Below are positions 9,434 to 19,668 of a stretch of 64,000 bases of DNA, piece by piece. Source of the stretch: Bacteroidia bacterium (lineage in GTDB: Bacteria > Bacteroidota > Bacteroidia > AKYH767-A > OLB10); assembly GCA_035340715.1 (NCBI GenBank), contig DAOQTX010000005.1:6453-70452 (forward strand). Reading direction: 5' to 3'. The first letter of the stretch is position 1, and every line of letters begins with the position of its first letter. A program made the translations under genes and the position numbers. The notes below the pieces were generated by a model, which saw only the letters and a program-made list of their open reading frames with translations, was not told where the DNA came from and did not search any database.

Positions 9434-10789
9434 TTAATTAATGGTAAGCTTTTTTCCAGAATAAAATTCCAACACTTTTATTTTAAACACATAGTCGTAT
9501 AAAGCTTGCGTGCGCTCCGATTTTGTGCGCGTGAAGTTATTTTGAGCATTGGTGTATTCCAAAGAATTTATTAGACCTGCATCGAATTTTTTATTGGCAT
9601 AATCAAAAGCTTCTTTAGCTGATTTTTCTGCTTTGTTTAAAGCATCAAATTTATTTTTTGCTCCTAAAGCATCGGAATGTGCTTGTTGAATTTCTTTATA
9701 TACAGTCTTTTTGGTAAGATCTTCTTGTATCGATACGTTTTTATAACTCAACTTAGCTCGTGCTATATTATTTTTGACAGAAAAATTATTGAACAAAGGA
9801 ATGCTCAAATTTACACCTGCTGCCTTATAGAAATTATCTTCAATTTGGGAGTCAAATGGTATTTCAGCAAAGGATAATGAAGTAGTATCAAAGGTTCGGG
9901 CCTGATCGGAATAATTGGTGCCAACTCCGCCTGAAACACTGATGCGAGGAAACATACCCGAACGGGCAATTGAAATTCCTTTTTGAGAAGCATTCGTTCT
10001 AAGTGTGGCAGCTTTTATTTGAGGAAGCCCTTGCAATGCTGTTTGATAGATATAATCAACCCCACTTAATAAGATGCTATTATCGGGTTCTGACATAATA
10101 GGAGCTTCAATGCTAAAGTCAGTTACACTGTCTAGGTCGAGCAGCTGCTTTAAATTAAGCAATGATGTGCTCAATGCGTTTTCTGCACTTACATTTTGCA
10201 ATTCGCTGTTTGAATATTGCGATTCAGCATCGAGCAAACTGCCTTGCGGTAATATTCCTGCATCAACCAAAGATTTACTTCTGTTTCGTTGCAACTCACT
10301 TAGGCGTAATGCATCTTTTGATATGTCTACTTGATCTTGTGCAAACAACACTTGTAAATAGGATGCGACAATGTTTAAAGAGACGTCATTCTTAATTTTT
10401 TCCAAATCAGATTTACTGGCTAAGTATTCGAAGCGCGATTGTTTTAAACTGTTTTGTAATAAAAAGCCATTAAACACAATTACGTTAGTAGTCAGATTTC
10501 CATTTAAACTTTGAACATCATTTGTAGTAAACAAATTTGTAGTTGGGTCAACATTCCTTCCACGATTTATATTGTAGTTCATGTTGGCATTTAAGGTTGG
10601 CACAAAATTCAACATGTTTTGTTGATGATTGATTTTACTTAGTTCCTGATTGATATAGGTTTGACGAATGGTGAGATTATTTCTCAAAGCATGCTCAACA
10701 CATTTTTCTAAAGTCCATACGCTTTGTGAATGAGATAAACCAAATGATCCCAATACGATGAATAATATCAAAAAGCAAAACCTGCCCAT
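9434..10789 (-). CDS. TolC-family outer membrane efflux protein
   Basis: It is 451 aa with a signal peptide and the TLEKCVEHALRNNLTIRQ opening. It has the duplicated coiled-coil/beta architecture typical of OEP/TolC proteins. Confidence 0.8.
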   Translation of the reverse strand: MGRFCFLILFIVLGSFGLSHSQSVWTLEKCVEHALRNNLTIRQTYINQELSKINHQQNMLNFVPTLNANMNYNINRGRNVDPTTNLFTTNDVQSLNGNLTTNVIVFNGFLLQNSLKQSRFEYLASKSDLEKIKNDVSLNIVASYLQVLFAQDQVDISKDALRLSELQRNRSKSLVDAGILPQGSLLDAESQYSNSELQNVSAENALSTSLLNLKQLLDLDSVTDFSIEAPIMSEPDNSILLSGVDYIYQTALQGLPQIKAATLRTNASQKGISIARSGMFPRISVSGGVGTNYSDQARTFDTTSLSFAEIPFDSQIEDNFYKAAGVNLSIPLFNNFSVKNNIARAKLSYKNVSIQEDLTKKTVYKEIQQAHSDALGAKNKFDALNKAEKSAKEAFDYANKKFDAGLINSLEYTNAQNNFTRTKSERTQALYDYVFKIKVLEFYSGKKLTIN

Positions 10790-10811
10790 ATTTTTTTCTG
10801 ATTAAGACTGA

Positions 10812-10819
10812 CAAAGGTA
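10812..10819 (-). promoter_or_regulatory. candidate -7 box TACCTTTG for the TolC-adaptor-tsaB operon
   Basis: The plus strand reads CAAAGGTA, 22 nt upstream of ATG 10789. The same octamer recurs upstream of metH, pruA, smc and the 54561 gene. Confidence 0.45.
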
Positions 10820-10920
10820 AAATAATTGATTTATCCTCTTAAAGGCCGTTCCCTAAAAAAGTTGAAAATATTTTATGGAATTATTCCATTCCATGCATCT
10901 AACTATAAAACAGCAAAAAG

Positions 10921-11769
10921 ATGGATGCAATTATTGACCATAATAATAAAGTAGGTTTAACAAAAATAGCCCACACCGTTGTTAAAAATTTGTTTAACGA
11001 TGCAAGGCACTATCAGATTGTTTTTCTGTTTTCTTTTTATTGCTATGGAGTTGCCTTTTTGAGTTGGTCTGAGCATTTACATTTTGCTTTCTTCGCGGTG
11101 GTTACCTGCTTGTTAACACAATTGATTTTTTGTGTTTGGAATAATGGTTCCCTCTCTTCTTTGAAAAGTGCATTGATCAGTGGTTTTAGCATTGCACTTA
11201 TGCTTAAAGCAGGTTCAATTTGGCCAGTAATTTTAGCTTCGGTTTTGAGCATAGGTTCAAAATTCATAATTCAATACAAGGGGAAGCACATTTATAATCC
11301 AACCAATTTTGGAATTATGGCCAGTATTCTTTTAACTGGTAATGCTTGGGTATCACCAGGTCAATGGGGGAGTCAGGCCTTTTTTATTTTTATAATAGGG
11401 ATAAGTGGGTTGTTGGTTTTATTAAAAGCAAAGCGCTTGGATACAGGTCTTTTATTCTTGTTTATCTACTCATTCCTTCTGTATGTGCGATTAGTAATAG
11501 TACAGGGTTGGGAATTTGAAATATTTCTACACCAACTTTCCAGTGGAACATTATTGTTGTTTGCATTTTTTATGATTACAGATCCTGTAACAACACCTCG
11601 CTCATTTAAAGGCAGATTTATTTGGACAATGCTCATTGCCATAGCTGCATTCGCAGCAACGTCCTTCTATTATATAAACGGGGCTCCGCTTTGGAGCCTC
11701 TTTGTACTCACTCCTTTGAGTATTGTACTGAACAAAATTTATCCCGGACAAACTTTTAAATGGAAATAA
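10921..11769 (+). CDS. polytopic membrane protein related to RnfD/NqrB, truncated and lacking a recognisable flavinylation loop
   Basis: It is 282 aa with about 8 hydrophobic segments. KHIYNPTNFGIMASILL and SSGTLLLFAFFMITDPVTTP resemble the conserved RnfD/NqrB motifs (xFNPAxxG, SGG..LGAFFMATDPVT). No Dxx(S/T)GA(T/S) motif is seen. Confidence 0.6.
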   Translation: MDAIIDHNNKVGLTKIAHTVVKNLFNDARHYQIVFLFSFYCYGVAFLSWSEHLHFAFFAVVTCLLTQLIFCVWNNGSLSSLKSALISGFSIALMLKAGSIWPVILASVLSIGSKFIIQYKGKHIYNPTNFGIMASILLTGNAWVSPGQWGSQAFFIFIIGISGLLVLLKAKRLDTGLLFLFIYSFLLYVRLVIVQGWEFEIFLHQLSSGTLLLFAFFMITDPVTTPRSFKGRFIWTMLIAIAAFAATSFYYINGAPLWSLFVLTPLSIVLNKIYPGQTFKWK

Positions 11770-13385
11770 TTATGAAAAAGAAAATTTTTTTAATCGCATC
11801 CTTTTTAGGATTTAGCACTTTAGTAAGTGCCTTCTGTGGTTTTTATGTTTCAACCGACATGGCCTCATTGTTCAACAAGTCTTCGCAAGTAATTGTGGTG
11901 CGTAGCAACGATCGAAGTACGATTACCATGTCGAGCGATTTTCAAGGCGATGTTAAGGACTTTGCAATGGTAATACCTGTGCCGGTAGTGATTTCAAAGT
12001 CAGACATTAAGTTAGTAAATCAATCAGTATTTGACAAGCTTAATGCGTATTCCATGCCTCGATTAGCAGAGTATCACGATCCTTATCCATGTGGGAGATA
12101 TTTTATGGATGAGGAAGTAGAACTTTCAAGTGTAAAGAGCAGTTCCATTGCCGCCAGTGCAGATATGGTTAGGGAAGTGAAAAAAGAAAAAAGTGTAAAG
12201 ATTGAAGCTACTTACACAGTAGGTGAGTATGATATTATTATTCTATCTGCTAAAGAATCGGATGGTTTGCAATACTGGCTTGAGGATAACGGTTATAAAA
12301 TTCCCGCTAAAGCTCAAAAGGTATTAGAGCCTTATGTAAAAAGCAACATGAAATTTTTTGTAGTGAAAGTAAACTTGAAAGAATTTGGTAAAGATGGATT
12401 TAATGTATTACGTCCAATCCAAATCACTTTTGAATCTCCAAAATTTATGTTGCCAATTCGCTTGGGAATGGCAAATGCCAATGGCCCACAGGACATGATT
12501 GTTTACATGCTTACAGAAAAAGGTAGAGTGGAGACCAGTAATTACAGAACGGTAAAAATTCCGACCGATAGAAATATTCCTTTAACCGTGAAAAGTGAAT
12601 TCAAAAGTTTTTACGATGCATTGTACAAAAAAGCTTATGAAAGAGAAGGAAAAAATGTGGTGTTTCTAGAATACAGTTGGGACCTGAATTCTTCAAACTT
12701 TGTTAAGTGTGATCCTTGTGCTTCGACACCACCGGTATATGCCGATTTAAAAGAAGCAGGTGTTTGGTGGTTGGCAGACGCATCACGACAAAGAGGATTC
12801 GGAGGCTATGAAGGAAACTTGCATTTTACCCGATTGCATGTTACTTACGATAGAGAAAACTTCCCAATGGATCTTATGTTTCAGGAAACTCCTGATAAAC
12901 AAAACTTTCAAGGTAGATATGTAGTACATAATCCGGCTATTGGGCCATTCGAATGCAGAGAAGGAAAAAAATATTTAACCGAACTCAGACAAAGACGGTA
13001 TAAGGAAGTGAACGAACTCTCCTATCTTACCGGATGGAGAGCTGCAAAGTATCAATCGTACATTTATGAGTTTGAAGAGGTTCCTCAACCACAACGTTAT
13101 GACGATATTCAAGATGAAGGAAGAATGCAACAAAATAGTGGTGATGACAAGGATCGTGTTTTGAATAAGGAGAATAGAGTTTCGAAGCAAGGGTCAAGCG
13201 AAAAAGTTTTTACACAGGAAATTGCACAACAAGTAAAAGATACTTTTATTGCTTTAGGAGATACACTCAGTAGAGAAATCAGAGCAGGAATACAGCCCTT
13301 TGCCGGCAATGATTCGGTAGTTTACTTTGCTGCTGCAATGATATTATTATTGGTTGCTGGTGCGGTACTGATTAAAAAAGTATAA
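11760..13385 (+). CDS. exported, C-terminally membrane-anchored protein resembling DUF2330
   Basis: It is 541 aa. The start is either ATG 11760 (overlapping the upstream stop by 10 nt) or ATG 11772. It has the signal peptide MKKKIFLIASFLGFSTLVSA followed by FCGFYV, then FAMVIPVPV, LQYWLEDNGYKIP and FTRLHVTY motifs, and a C-terminal TM (VVYFAAAMILLLVAGAVLI). The family call is from memory. Confidence 0.6.
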   Translation: MEIIMKKKIFLIASFLGFSTLVSAFCGFYVSTDMASLFNKSSQVIVVRSNDRSTITMSSDFQGDVKDFAMVIPVPVVISKSDIKLVNQSVFDKLNAYSMPRLAEYHDPYPCGRYFMDEEVELSSVKSSSIAASADMVREVKKEKSVKIEATYTVGEYDIIILSAKESDGLQYWLEDNGYKIPAKAQKVLEPYVKSNMKFFVVKVNLKEFGKDGFNVLRPIQITFESPKFMLPIRLGMANANGPQDMIVYMLTEKGRVETSNYRTVKIPTDRNIPLTVKSEFKSFYDALYKKAYEREGKNVVFLEYSWDLNSSNFVKCDPCASTPPVYADLKEAGVWWLADASRQRGFGGYEGNLHFTRLHVTYDRENFPMDLMFQETPDKQNFQGRYVVHNPAIGPFECREGKKYLTELRQRRYKEVNELSYLTGWRAAKYQSYIYEFEEVPQPQRYDDIQDEGRMQQNSGDDKDRVLNKENRVSKQGSSEKVFTQEIAQQVKDTFIALGDTLSREIRAGIQPFAGNDSVVYFAAAMILLLVAGAVLIKKV

Positions 13386-13397
13386 AACATCTCGACA

Positions 13398-13431
13398 AAA
13401 TGTGGGCACTACATTTAAGTGCCCACTTTTA
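13398..13431. terminator. bidirectional intrinsic terminator between the convergent DUF2330-like gene and metH
   Basis: The stem GTGGGCAC (13402..13409) pairs with GTGCCCAC (13419..13426) around a 9-nt loop. It is flanked by an A-run on the left and TTTTATT on the right. Confidence 0.7.
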
Positions 13432-16400
13432 TTAAATAAGATTACTGCTCAACCATTGTTCCACTTCTTTTAAAGGCATATTTTTTCTTTTGGCGTAATC
13501 GCTTAGCTGATCATTATTTAATTTACCTACTGAAAAATAATGTGCATCAGGATGTGCGAAATACAAGCCGCTCACCGCTGCACTAGGAACCATAGCCATG
13601 TTTTCAGTCAAAGTAATTCCGGAATTCTTTTCAACATCAAGTAATTGCCAAAGAGTTATTTTTTCTGTGTGATCGGGTTGAGCAGGATAACCTGGCGCAG
13701 GTCGTATTCCGTCATATTTTTCTTTGATTAATTCCTCGTTCGAAAGATTTTCTGATGCAGCATAACCCCATATTTCAGTTCTGATTTTTTTATGCATCAA
13801 TTCTGCAAACGCTTCAGCCAGTCGATCGGCAAGTGCCTTTAACATGATGGCAGAATAGTCATCATGATCTTTTTCAAATTCATTTAGCTTTTCTTCAATT
13901 CCAAATCCGGTGGATAAGGCGAAAGCGCCCAAATGATCTGTAGGTTCATGGCTTGATACAGATTGAGGTCTAATAAAATCAGCTAATGCTATATTCTTTT
14001 CACCTTCTCTTTTCTTGCTTTGCTGTCTTATGGTATAGAAAGTATGAATCACCTTTTTCGATTCAGCATCCATTATTTTAATATCGTCTTCTTCACTGAA
14101 AGCCGGAAAAATACCAACCACAGCATTTGCGCTCAGCCATTTTTCTTCAATAATTTTTCTGAGCATTTTATTTGCATCATCAAAAAGTTGTTTGGCTTCT
14201 GTACCTCTTTCAGGATGATCCAATATTTTAGGATAACTGCCTTTCATTTCCCATGCTATAAAGAAAGGTGTCCAATCGATGTATTGACTAATTTCTTCGA
14301 GTGAATAATCCGTATAAACATGCACTCCGCTTTGTTTAGGTGCTTTTACTTCTATGCTATTCAATGGAAATTTATTTTGCCTTGCCTCTTCAATTGAAAT
14401 TAATTGTAATTGAGATTGACTGGCGTTGTGATATTGACGAGTTTTTTCGTTCTCTAATTTTATTTGCTTAATGAAGTTGTTTTTTTGTTCATCAGACAAT
14501 AAACAACTTACTACCGGTACACTTCGAGATGCATCGTTCACATGAATAACCGAATGATCATAATAGGGCTCAATCTTTACTGCGGTGTGTACTTTAGATG
14601 TAGTGGCACCACCGATTAACAGTGGAATGGTCAAAGATTCTCTTTGCATTTCTTTTGCTACATGAACCATCTCATCCAGCGAAGGAGTTATAAGACCACT
14701 AAGCCCAATGATATCTGCATTTTCAGACTTTGCAACAGATAATATTTTCTCGGACGATACCATCACTCCCAAATCAATGATCTCATAATTGTTACAAGCC
14801 AGTACTACTCCAACTATGTTCTTTCCAATGTCATGCACATCGCCTTTTACGGTAGCCAATACTATTTTACCTTTTGATTTACCTTTTACTTTTTCTTCCT
14901 CAATGTAAGGGGTGAGATAAGCAACTGCTTTCTTCATCACGCGGGCGCTCTTCACTACTTGTGGCAGAAACATTTTACCGGCACCAAATAAGTCACCAAC
15001 CGTGCTCATTCCATTCATCAATGGACCTTCAATAACTTCAAGTGCCTTGCTGCATTGCTGACGTGCTTCTTCAGTGTCTTGTTCTATAAAATCGGTAATA
15101 CCTTTTACTAAAGCATGTGTTAAACGATCTTGAACATTTCCTTTACGCCATTCCGCTTCTTGTGTATTTGCTTTTTCTTTTCCATCTCCTTTTACTTTTT
15201 CGGCATATTCAACCAATCGTTCTCCGGCTTCTTCATTTTTATTGAGCAACACATCTTCCACCAAACTTAATAATTCCTTCTCGATTTCATCATAAACCTG
15301 CAATTGAGATGGGTTAACAATTCCCATGTCCATTCCATTCTTAATGCCATGAAAAAGAAAGGCTGCATGAATGGCTTCGCGCACATGATCGTTTCCACGA
15401 AAGGAAAAAGAAACATTGCTTACTCCTCCACTAATTTTGGCCAAAGGCAAATTATTTTTAATCCAATGAGACGCTTCGAAGTAACTGATGGCATTTTTTT
15501 TATGCTCTTCCATGCCGGTAGCAACAGGAAAAATATTAGGATCGAAAATGATGTCTTGAGGAGGAAAATGAACTTTATGTACAAGAATATCATAGGCTCT
15601 TTTGGCTATTTCAATTCTTCGTTCTGTGGTATCGGCTTGTCCAAGTTCATCAAATAACATCACGATTACTGCAGCTCCAAATTTTCGAACCAGATGAGCT
15701 TCTTGTATAAATTGTTGTTCACCCGATTTGAGAGAAATTGAGTTTACAATTGCTTTTCCTTGCACACATTTCAATCCGGCCTCGATTACTTCAAACTTTG
15801 AAGAGTCAATCATAACGGGCACTCTTGAAATATCGGGCTCACTTGCTATTAAGTTAAGAAACTTTGTCATGGATTCAACTGCATCAATCATGCCTTCATC
15901 CATATTGATGTCTATGGCTTGTGCGCCTCCTTCCACTTGCTCTCGAGCTACCGTAAGGGCTTCATCAAATTTATTTTCTTTAATCAATCGAAGGAATTTT
16001 TTGGAACCGGTAACATTAGTTCTTTCACCAACATTGAAAAAATTTGATTCCGGCCGAAGCGTTACTGCTTCTAGTCCACTCAGTCTTAAAAAAGGGTCAA
16101 TATTTGGAATTTTACGAGGCTCATGTTTCTTGGCATGTGCAGCAATGTGCTTTATGTGTTCTGGAGTTGTGCCACAACATCCTCCAATAATATTCACAAA
16201 ACCACTGGATAGAAAGTCATCCACCAAACTGCACATCTGTTCAGGTGTTTCATCGTATTCTCCAAATTGATTGGGCAGACCTGCATTTGGATAACAGGAT
16301 ATTAGGAACGGTGCTTTCGCAGACAATTCTTCCAGATAAGGTCGCATTTCCTTGGCGCCTAAAGCGCAGTTTAATCCAATGCTCAACAATGGCACATGAG

Positions 16401-17085
16401 AAACCGAATTTAAAAAAGCTTCAACTGTTTGTCCGGACAATGTTCTACCACTAGCATCTGTAATGGTTCCGGAAATCATGATGGGCAGTTGATTGTTTTT
16501 TTCTTCGAATATGTTTTGAATAGCAACCAATGCTGCTTTGGCATTTAATGTATCAAAAATGGTTTCGACCAAAAGCAAATCGCAACCTCCATCAATGAGT
16601 CCTCGAACTTGTTCTTCATATGCTTGACATACTTGATCAAAAGTTACAGCCCGATAGCCAGGATTATTTACATCAGGGGAAAGTGAAAGCGTACGATTGG
16701 TAGGTCCAATCGCTCCAGCAACGAATCTCGGAACTTTCGAGTCAAATTCGTCAACTGCATTTCGTGCAATCTTAGCGGACTCAAGATTGATCTCATACGC
16801 TAATTCTTCCATGCGATAATCAGCTAGTGAGATGCGTTGTGCATTGAAGGTATTGGTTTCAATAATATCTGCTCCGGCATTTAAATATTCTGTATGAATC
16901 GATTTAATAATATCGGGTCGTGTTAGACTCAATAAGTCATTATTGCCTTTTAAATCACTATTCCAATCCTTAAATCGATCACCCCGATAATCAGACTCTG
17001 ATAGCTTATACCGTTGAATCATCGTGCCCATAGCACCATCTATGATCAAGATGCGTTTTTGAGCTTCTGTTCGGATATTATTCAT
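13432..17085 (-). CDS. metH: cobalamin-dependent methionine synthase
   Basis: It is 1217 aa and full length, with Hcy-binding, pterin-binding, B12-binding ([11 protein letters not shown]) and AdoMet activation domains. The N-terminus [13 protein letters not shown] is typical. Confidence 0.95.
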   Translation of the reverse strand: MNNIRTEAQKRILIIDGAMGTMIQRYKLSESDYRGDRFKDWNSDLKGNNDLLSLTRPDIIKSIHTEYLNAGADIIETNTFNAQRISLADYRMEELAYEINLESAKIARNAVDEFDSKVPRFVAGAIGPTNRTLSLSPDVNNPGYRAVTFDQVCQAYEEQVRGLIDGGCDLLLVETIFDTLNAKAALVAIQNIFEEKNNQLPIMISGTITDASGRTLSGQTVEAFLNSVSHVPLLSIGLNCALGAKEMRPYLEELSAKAPFLISCYPNAGLPNQFGEYDETPEQMCSLVDDFLSSGFVNIIGGCCGTTPEHIKHIAAHAKKHEPRKIPNIDPFLRLSGLEAVTLRPESNFFNVGERTNVTGSKKFLRLIKENKFDEALTVAREQVEGGAQAIDINMDEGMIDAVESMTKFLNLIASEPDISRVPVMIDSSKFEVIEAGLKCVQGKAIVNSISLKSGEQQFIQEAHLVRKFGAAVIVMLFDELGQADTTERRIEIAKRAYDILVHKVHFPPQDIIFDPNIFPVATGMEEHKKNAISYFEASHWIKNNLPLAKISGGVSNVSFSFRGNDHVREAIHAAFLFHGIKNGMDMGIVNPSQLQVYDEIEKELLSLVEDVLLNKNEEAGERLVEYAEKVKGDGKEKANTQEAEWRKGNVQDRLTHALVKGITDFIEQDTEEARQQCSKALEVIEGPLMNGMSTVGDLFGAGKMFLPQVVKSARVMKKAVAYLTPYIEEEKVKGKSKGKIVLATVKGDVHDIGKNIVGVVLACNNYEIIDLGVMVSSEKILSVAKSENADIIGLSGLITPSLDEMVHVAKEMQRESLTIPLLIGGATTSKVHTAVKIEPYYDHSVIHVNDASRSVPVVSCLLSDEQKNNFIKQIKLENEKTRQYHNASQSQLQLISIEEARQNKFPLNSIEVKAPKQSGVHVYTDYSLEEISQYIDWTPFFIAWEMKGSYPKILDHPERGTEAKQLFDDANKMLRKIIEEKWLSANAVVGIFPAFSEEDDIKIMDAESKKVIHTFYTIRQQSKKREGEKNIALADFIRPQSVSSHEPTDHLGAFALSTGFGIEEKLNEFEKDHDDYSAIMLKALADRLAEAFAELMHKKIRTEIWGYAASENLSNEELIKEKYDGIRPAPGYPAQPDHTEKITLWQLLDVEKNSGITLTENMAMVPSAAVSGLYFAHPDAHYFSVGKLNNDQLSDYAKRKNMPLKEVEQWLSSNLI

Positions 17086-17109
17086 TTTAGTTTATTCTGT
17101 ATTGGTCAC

Positions 17110-17140
17110 AAAAAAAATCTCTTTCGTTGTCGAAAGAGAT
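17110..17140 (-). terminator. riboswitch expression-platform terminator in the metH leader
   Basis: The minus strand reads AUCUCUUUCG-ACAA-CGAAAGAGAU followed by U8. It lies 24 nt upstream of the metH ATG. Confidence 0.75.
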
Positions 17141-17176
17141 TTATCATTATTTTATGTTTAATTCAAATCGTCTCGA

Positions 17177-17282
17177 CTTATTTGCCCTTGTTATATTACA
17201 AGGATGTGAATTGGCACCTTTCCCATTTAGGGGAGGTTGTCAAGGCATCATAGGGCACATTCCCTCAGCCTTTCTTAATAAG
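17177..17282 (-). promoter_or_regulatory. SAM-I (S-box) riboswitch aptamer
   Basis: The minus strand reads CUUAUUAAGAAAGGCUGAGGGAAUGUGCCCUAUGAUGCCUUGACAACCUCCCCUAAAUGGGAAAGGUGCCAAUUCACAUCCUUG...CAAGGGCAAAUAAG. This matches the conserved S-box blocks (UUAUcaAGAG.GG..GAGGGA..GGCCC.aUGA.gCC..GCAACC...GGUGCcAAuuCC...aGAUAAG) with P1 closure CUUAUU/AAAUAAG. Confidence 0.85.
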
Positions 17283-17302
17283 TGTTGTTTAAGAACGAAG
17301 TG

Positions 17303-17334
17303 CAAAGGTAATAAAAGTCTCATTTTAATGTCAA
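17303..17334 (-). promoter_or_regulatory. candidate promoter for the metH leader (-33 TTGACA, -7 TACCTTTG)
   Basis: The plus strand has CAAAGGTA at 17303..17310 and TGTCAA at 17329..17334. The spacing is about 21 nt between TTG and TA, and the -7 box ends 20 nt upstream of riboswitch P1. Confidence 0.5.
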
Positions 17335-17602
17335 TTATTAAAAAATCCATTAAATTATTAATTGGTTACAAATCAAAATTTTAATTTTAAAAAACTTAAA
17401 GTATATTTGAATTAAATCATTAATCAAAAAGCAGATGTTTTTATTAGTGCTTTCTATCTCACTAATGTATTTAACGTATATCCTTTATAAGTTAAGGGTT
17501 GCTCGTCCCGAATTTTAAGTGCCCATTACTTAAATTTCACAAAAGAGGCTCATTAATAAATGAGTTTTTTGCATTTTTATCCTCCCAATCAAAATTAATA
17601 AT

Positions 17603-19651
17603 ATGAAAGCAGTCTCATTTTTTATTGTATTGATAACTCCATTTATGGTTTTTTCTCAATCCAAATTGCTAACACCGGAGAAACTAATGCAATTGAATCG
17701 TATTTCAGAGCATGTTCAAAGTGCTGACGGAAAATATGTTTTTTATGTTCAACGAAAAATGTCAATTGAATTAAACAAAGGCAACTCCGATATCTATCGT
17801 TACGATATGACTTCAGGAGAAAATAAAGCAATATTGAATGGGCCGTACAATGAATCAACTCCTCAACTCATTCCAGGGACAAGGAGAATTGCATTTTTAT
17901 CTAGTGCTGATGGAAGTAGTCAAATTTATGAGTGCAATTATGATGGATCTGACATTAAGCAGGTCACTGGTATTGCATCTGGTATAAATGAATATGGTTT
18001 TGCAAATACTGGAAATAGAGTTTGGTTTACCAGTGATGTTAAACTTGATAAACAGTTGAAAGATATTCACTCAGATCTTCCTAAAACAGAAGCTCGTTTA
18101 ATGGATGGATTAATGTACAAACATTGGAATGCCTGGCACGATTACGCGTATAGCCATATTTTTATAGCCGAATATTCGAATGGCGCATTAAGCAGTCGCC
18201 CGATTGATATTATGAATGATACTCAATTTGATTCTCCACTAAAACCTTTTGGTGGTGCTGAACAAATTTCTTTTTCTCCCGATGGCAAAAAGATCGCTTA
18301 TACGTGTAAGAAACTCATCGGTACTTCTTATGCCCTAAGCACAAATTCAGAAATTTATCTATATGATCTTGAGAACAATTCAGACATTGTTGTAAGTGCA
18401 GGGATGCCAGGTTATGATGTAAATCCTGTATTTTCTTCTGATGGGAATAAGCTGATGTGGTTAAGCATGGAAACTCCGGGATACGAAGCAGATCGAAATC
18501 GAATTTTTCAATACGATTTTCAAACTAAGAATAAAGCAGAATTAACGGTTGGGTTTGATTACAGTGTAGATAAAGCTGTGTACACGAACGATGGGAATGG
18601 CATTTATTTTTTAGCCGGTAAGGAAGCCACACATCAATTGTATTACATGAGTTTGAATGCAAAAGTTAAGAAGGGGATAACGCAGTTAACCAATGTGCAA
18701 GCAGACATTCAAAATTTTGATGTAGTTCAATTGTCAAAGAAAAACACACAGATTATTATCTCCATGATGGCAATAGATGCACCAACTTCTTTGTATAAAT
18801 TGGATTCAAAGTATGCACCAGTACTTATTGTTAATCCTAACAAAACTGAACTGGCAGAAATAAAATTTGGAAAGGTTGAAAAGCGAATGGTAAAAACCAC
18901 CGACCAAAAAGACATGTTGACTTGGGTGATTTATCCTCCCGATTTTGATCCAACAAAAAAGTACCCAACCTTATTGTATTGTCAAGGTGGACCGCAAAGT
19001 ACCGTTAGTCAGTTCTTTTCTTATCGATGGAATTTTCAAATGATGGCTGCCAATGGATATATAGTGGTGGCACCCAATAGAAGAGGACTCCCTTCATTTG
19101 GTGAAGCATGGAATGATCAAATAACCAACGACTGGGGAGGACAAGCTATGCAAGATTTGTTAAGTGCTATTGATGATGTAAGTAATGAAAAATGGTGCGA
19201 TAAAGATAGATTGGGAGCTGTAGGAGCTAGCTTTGGTGGTTATTCCGTTTATTGGTTGGCTGGAAATCATAAAAAGAGATTTAAAACATTTATATCTCAT
19301 TGTGGTGTTTTCAATCTGGAATCAATGTATGGAAGTACCGAAGAATTGTTTTTTGTAAATCACGATATGAAAGGACCTTATTGGGCAAGCGATTACAAAA
19401 AGAACTATGAGAAGTTTTCGCCACATACCTATATCGCCAATTGGGATACACCTTTATTGGTCATTCACAATGAACTTGATTTTAGAGTTCCGCTTTCGCA
19501 AGGGATGGAAGCGTATACTGCTGCTCAACTTATGGGAGTTCCAAGCAAGTTTTTATACTTTCCTGATGAAGGGCATTGGGTAAACAAGCCTCAGAATGCT
19601 ATTTTATGGCAACGCGTATTTTTTGAATGGCTTGATACGTATTTAAAATAA
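17603..19651 (+). CDS. S9 family serine peptidase (prolyl oligopeptidase/dipeptidyl peptidase-like) with an N-terminal beta-propeller
   Basis: It is 682 aa with a signal peptide and TolB/WD40-like repeats (SPDGKKIAY, SSDGNKLMW). The C-terminal alpha/beta hydrolase has the GASFGGYSV nucleophile elbow and DEGHW. Confidence 0.85.
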   Translation: MKAVSFFIVLITPFMVFSQSKLLTPEKLMQLNRISEHVQSADGKYVFYVQRKMSIELNKGNSDIYRYDMTSGENKAILNGPYNESTPQLIPGTRRIAFLSSADGSSQIYECNYDGSDIKQVTGIASGINEYGFANTGNRVWFTSDVKLDKQLKDIHSDLPKTEARLMDGLMYKHWNAWHDYAYSHIFIAEYSNGALSSRPIDIMNDTQFDSPLKPFGGAEQISFSPDGKKIAYTCKKLIGTSYALSTNSEIYLYDLENNSDIVVSAGMPGYDVNPVFSSDGNKLMWLSMETPGYEADRNRIFQYDFQTKNKAELTVGFDYSVDKAVYTNDGNGIYFLAGKEATHQLYYMSLNAKVKKGITQLTNVQADIQNFDVVQLSKKNTQIIISMMAIDAPTSLYKLDSKYAPVLIVNPNKTELAEIKFGKVEKRMVKTTDQKDMLTWVIYPPDFDPTKKYPTLLYCQGGPQSTVSQFFSYRWNFQMMAANGYIVVAPNRRGLPSFGEAWNDQITNDWGGQAMQDLLSAIDDVSNEKWCDKDRLGAVGASFGGYSVYWLAGNHKKRFKTFISHCGVFNLESMYGSTEELFFVNHDMKGPYWASDYKKNYEKFSPHTYIANWDTPLLVIHNELDFRVPLSQGMEAYTAAQLMGVPSKFLYFPDEGHWVNKPQNAILWQRVFFEWLDTYLK

Positions 19652-19668
19652 TTCCGTTTCTAAAGAAG

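Noticed and set aside
15304-16454. Plus-strand ORFs up to 180 aa (15304..15657, 15728..16270, 16245..16454) lie opposite metH.
   Set aside because: metH is unambiguous and full length on the minus strand. The antisense ORFs have no recognisable features and overlap it completely.
13414-17525. The 12-nt direct repeat TTTAAGTGCCCA occurs at 13414..13425 and 17514..17525, flanking metH plus its riboswitch. It could be a target-site duplication or the boundaries of an inserted cassette.
   Set aside because: Among all pairs of positions in a 64-kb AT-rich window, many 12-mer matches are expected by chance. The first copy is simply the right arm of the terminator hairpin. No integrase, transposase or compositional break accompanies it.
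17549-17570. A hairpin CTCATT-AATA-AATGAG plus T6 lies upstream of the S9 peptidase gene. It might be the terminator of an unannotated sRNA.
   Set aside because: It has only 6 AT-rich base pairs, and there is no upstream promoter box or conserved structure. The region (17335..17602) contains no tRNA-like or other recognisable RNA motif.
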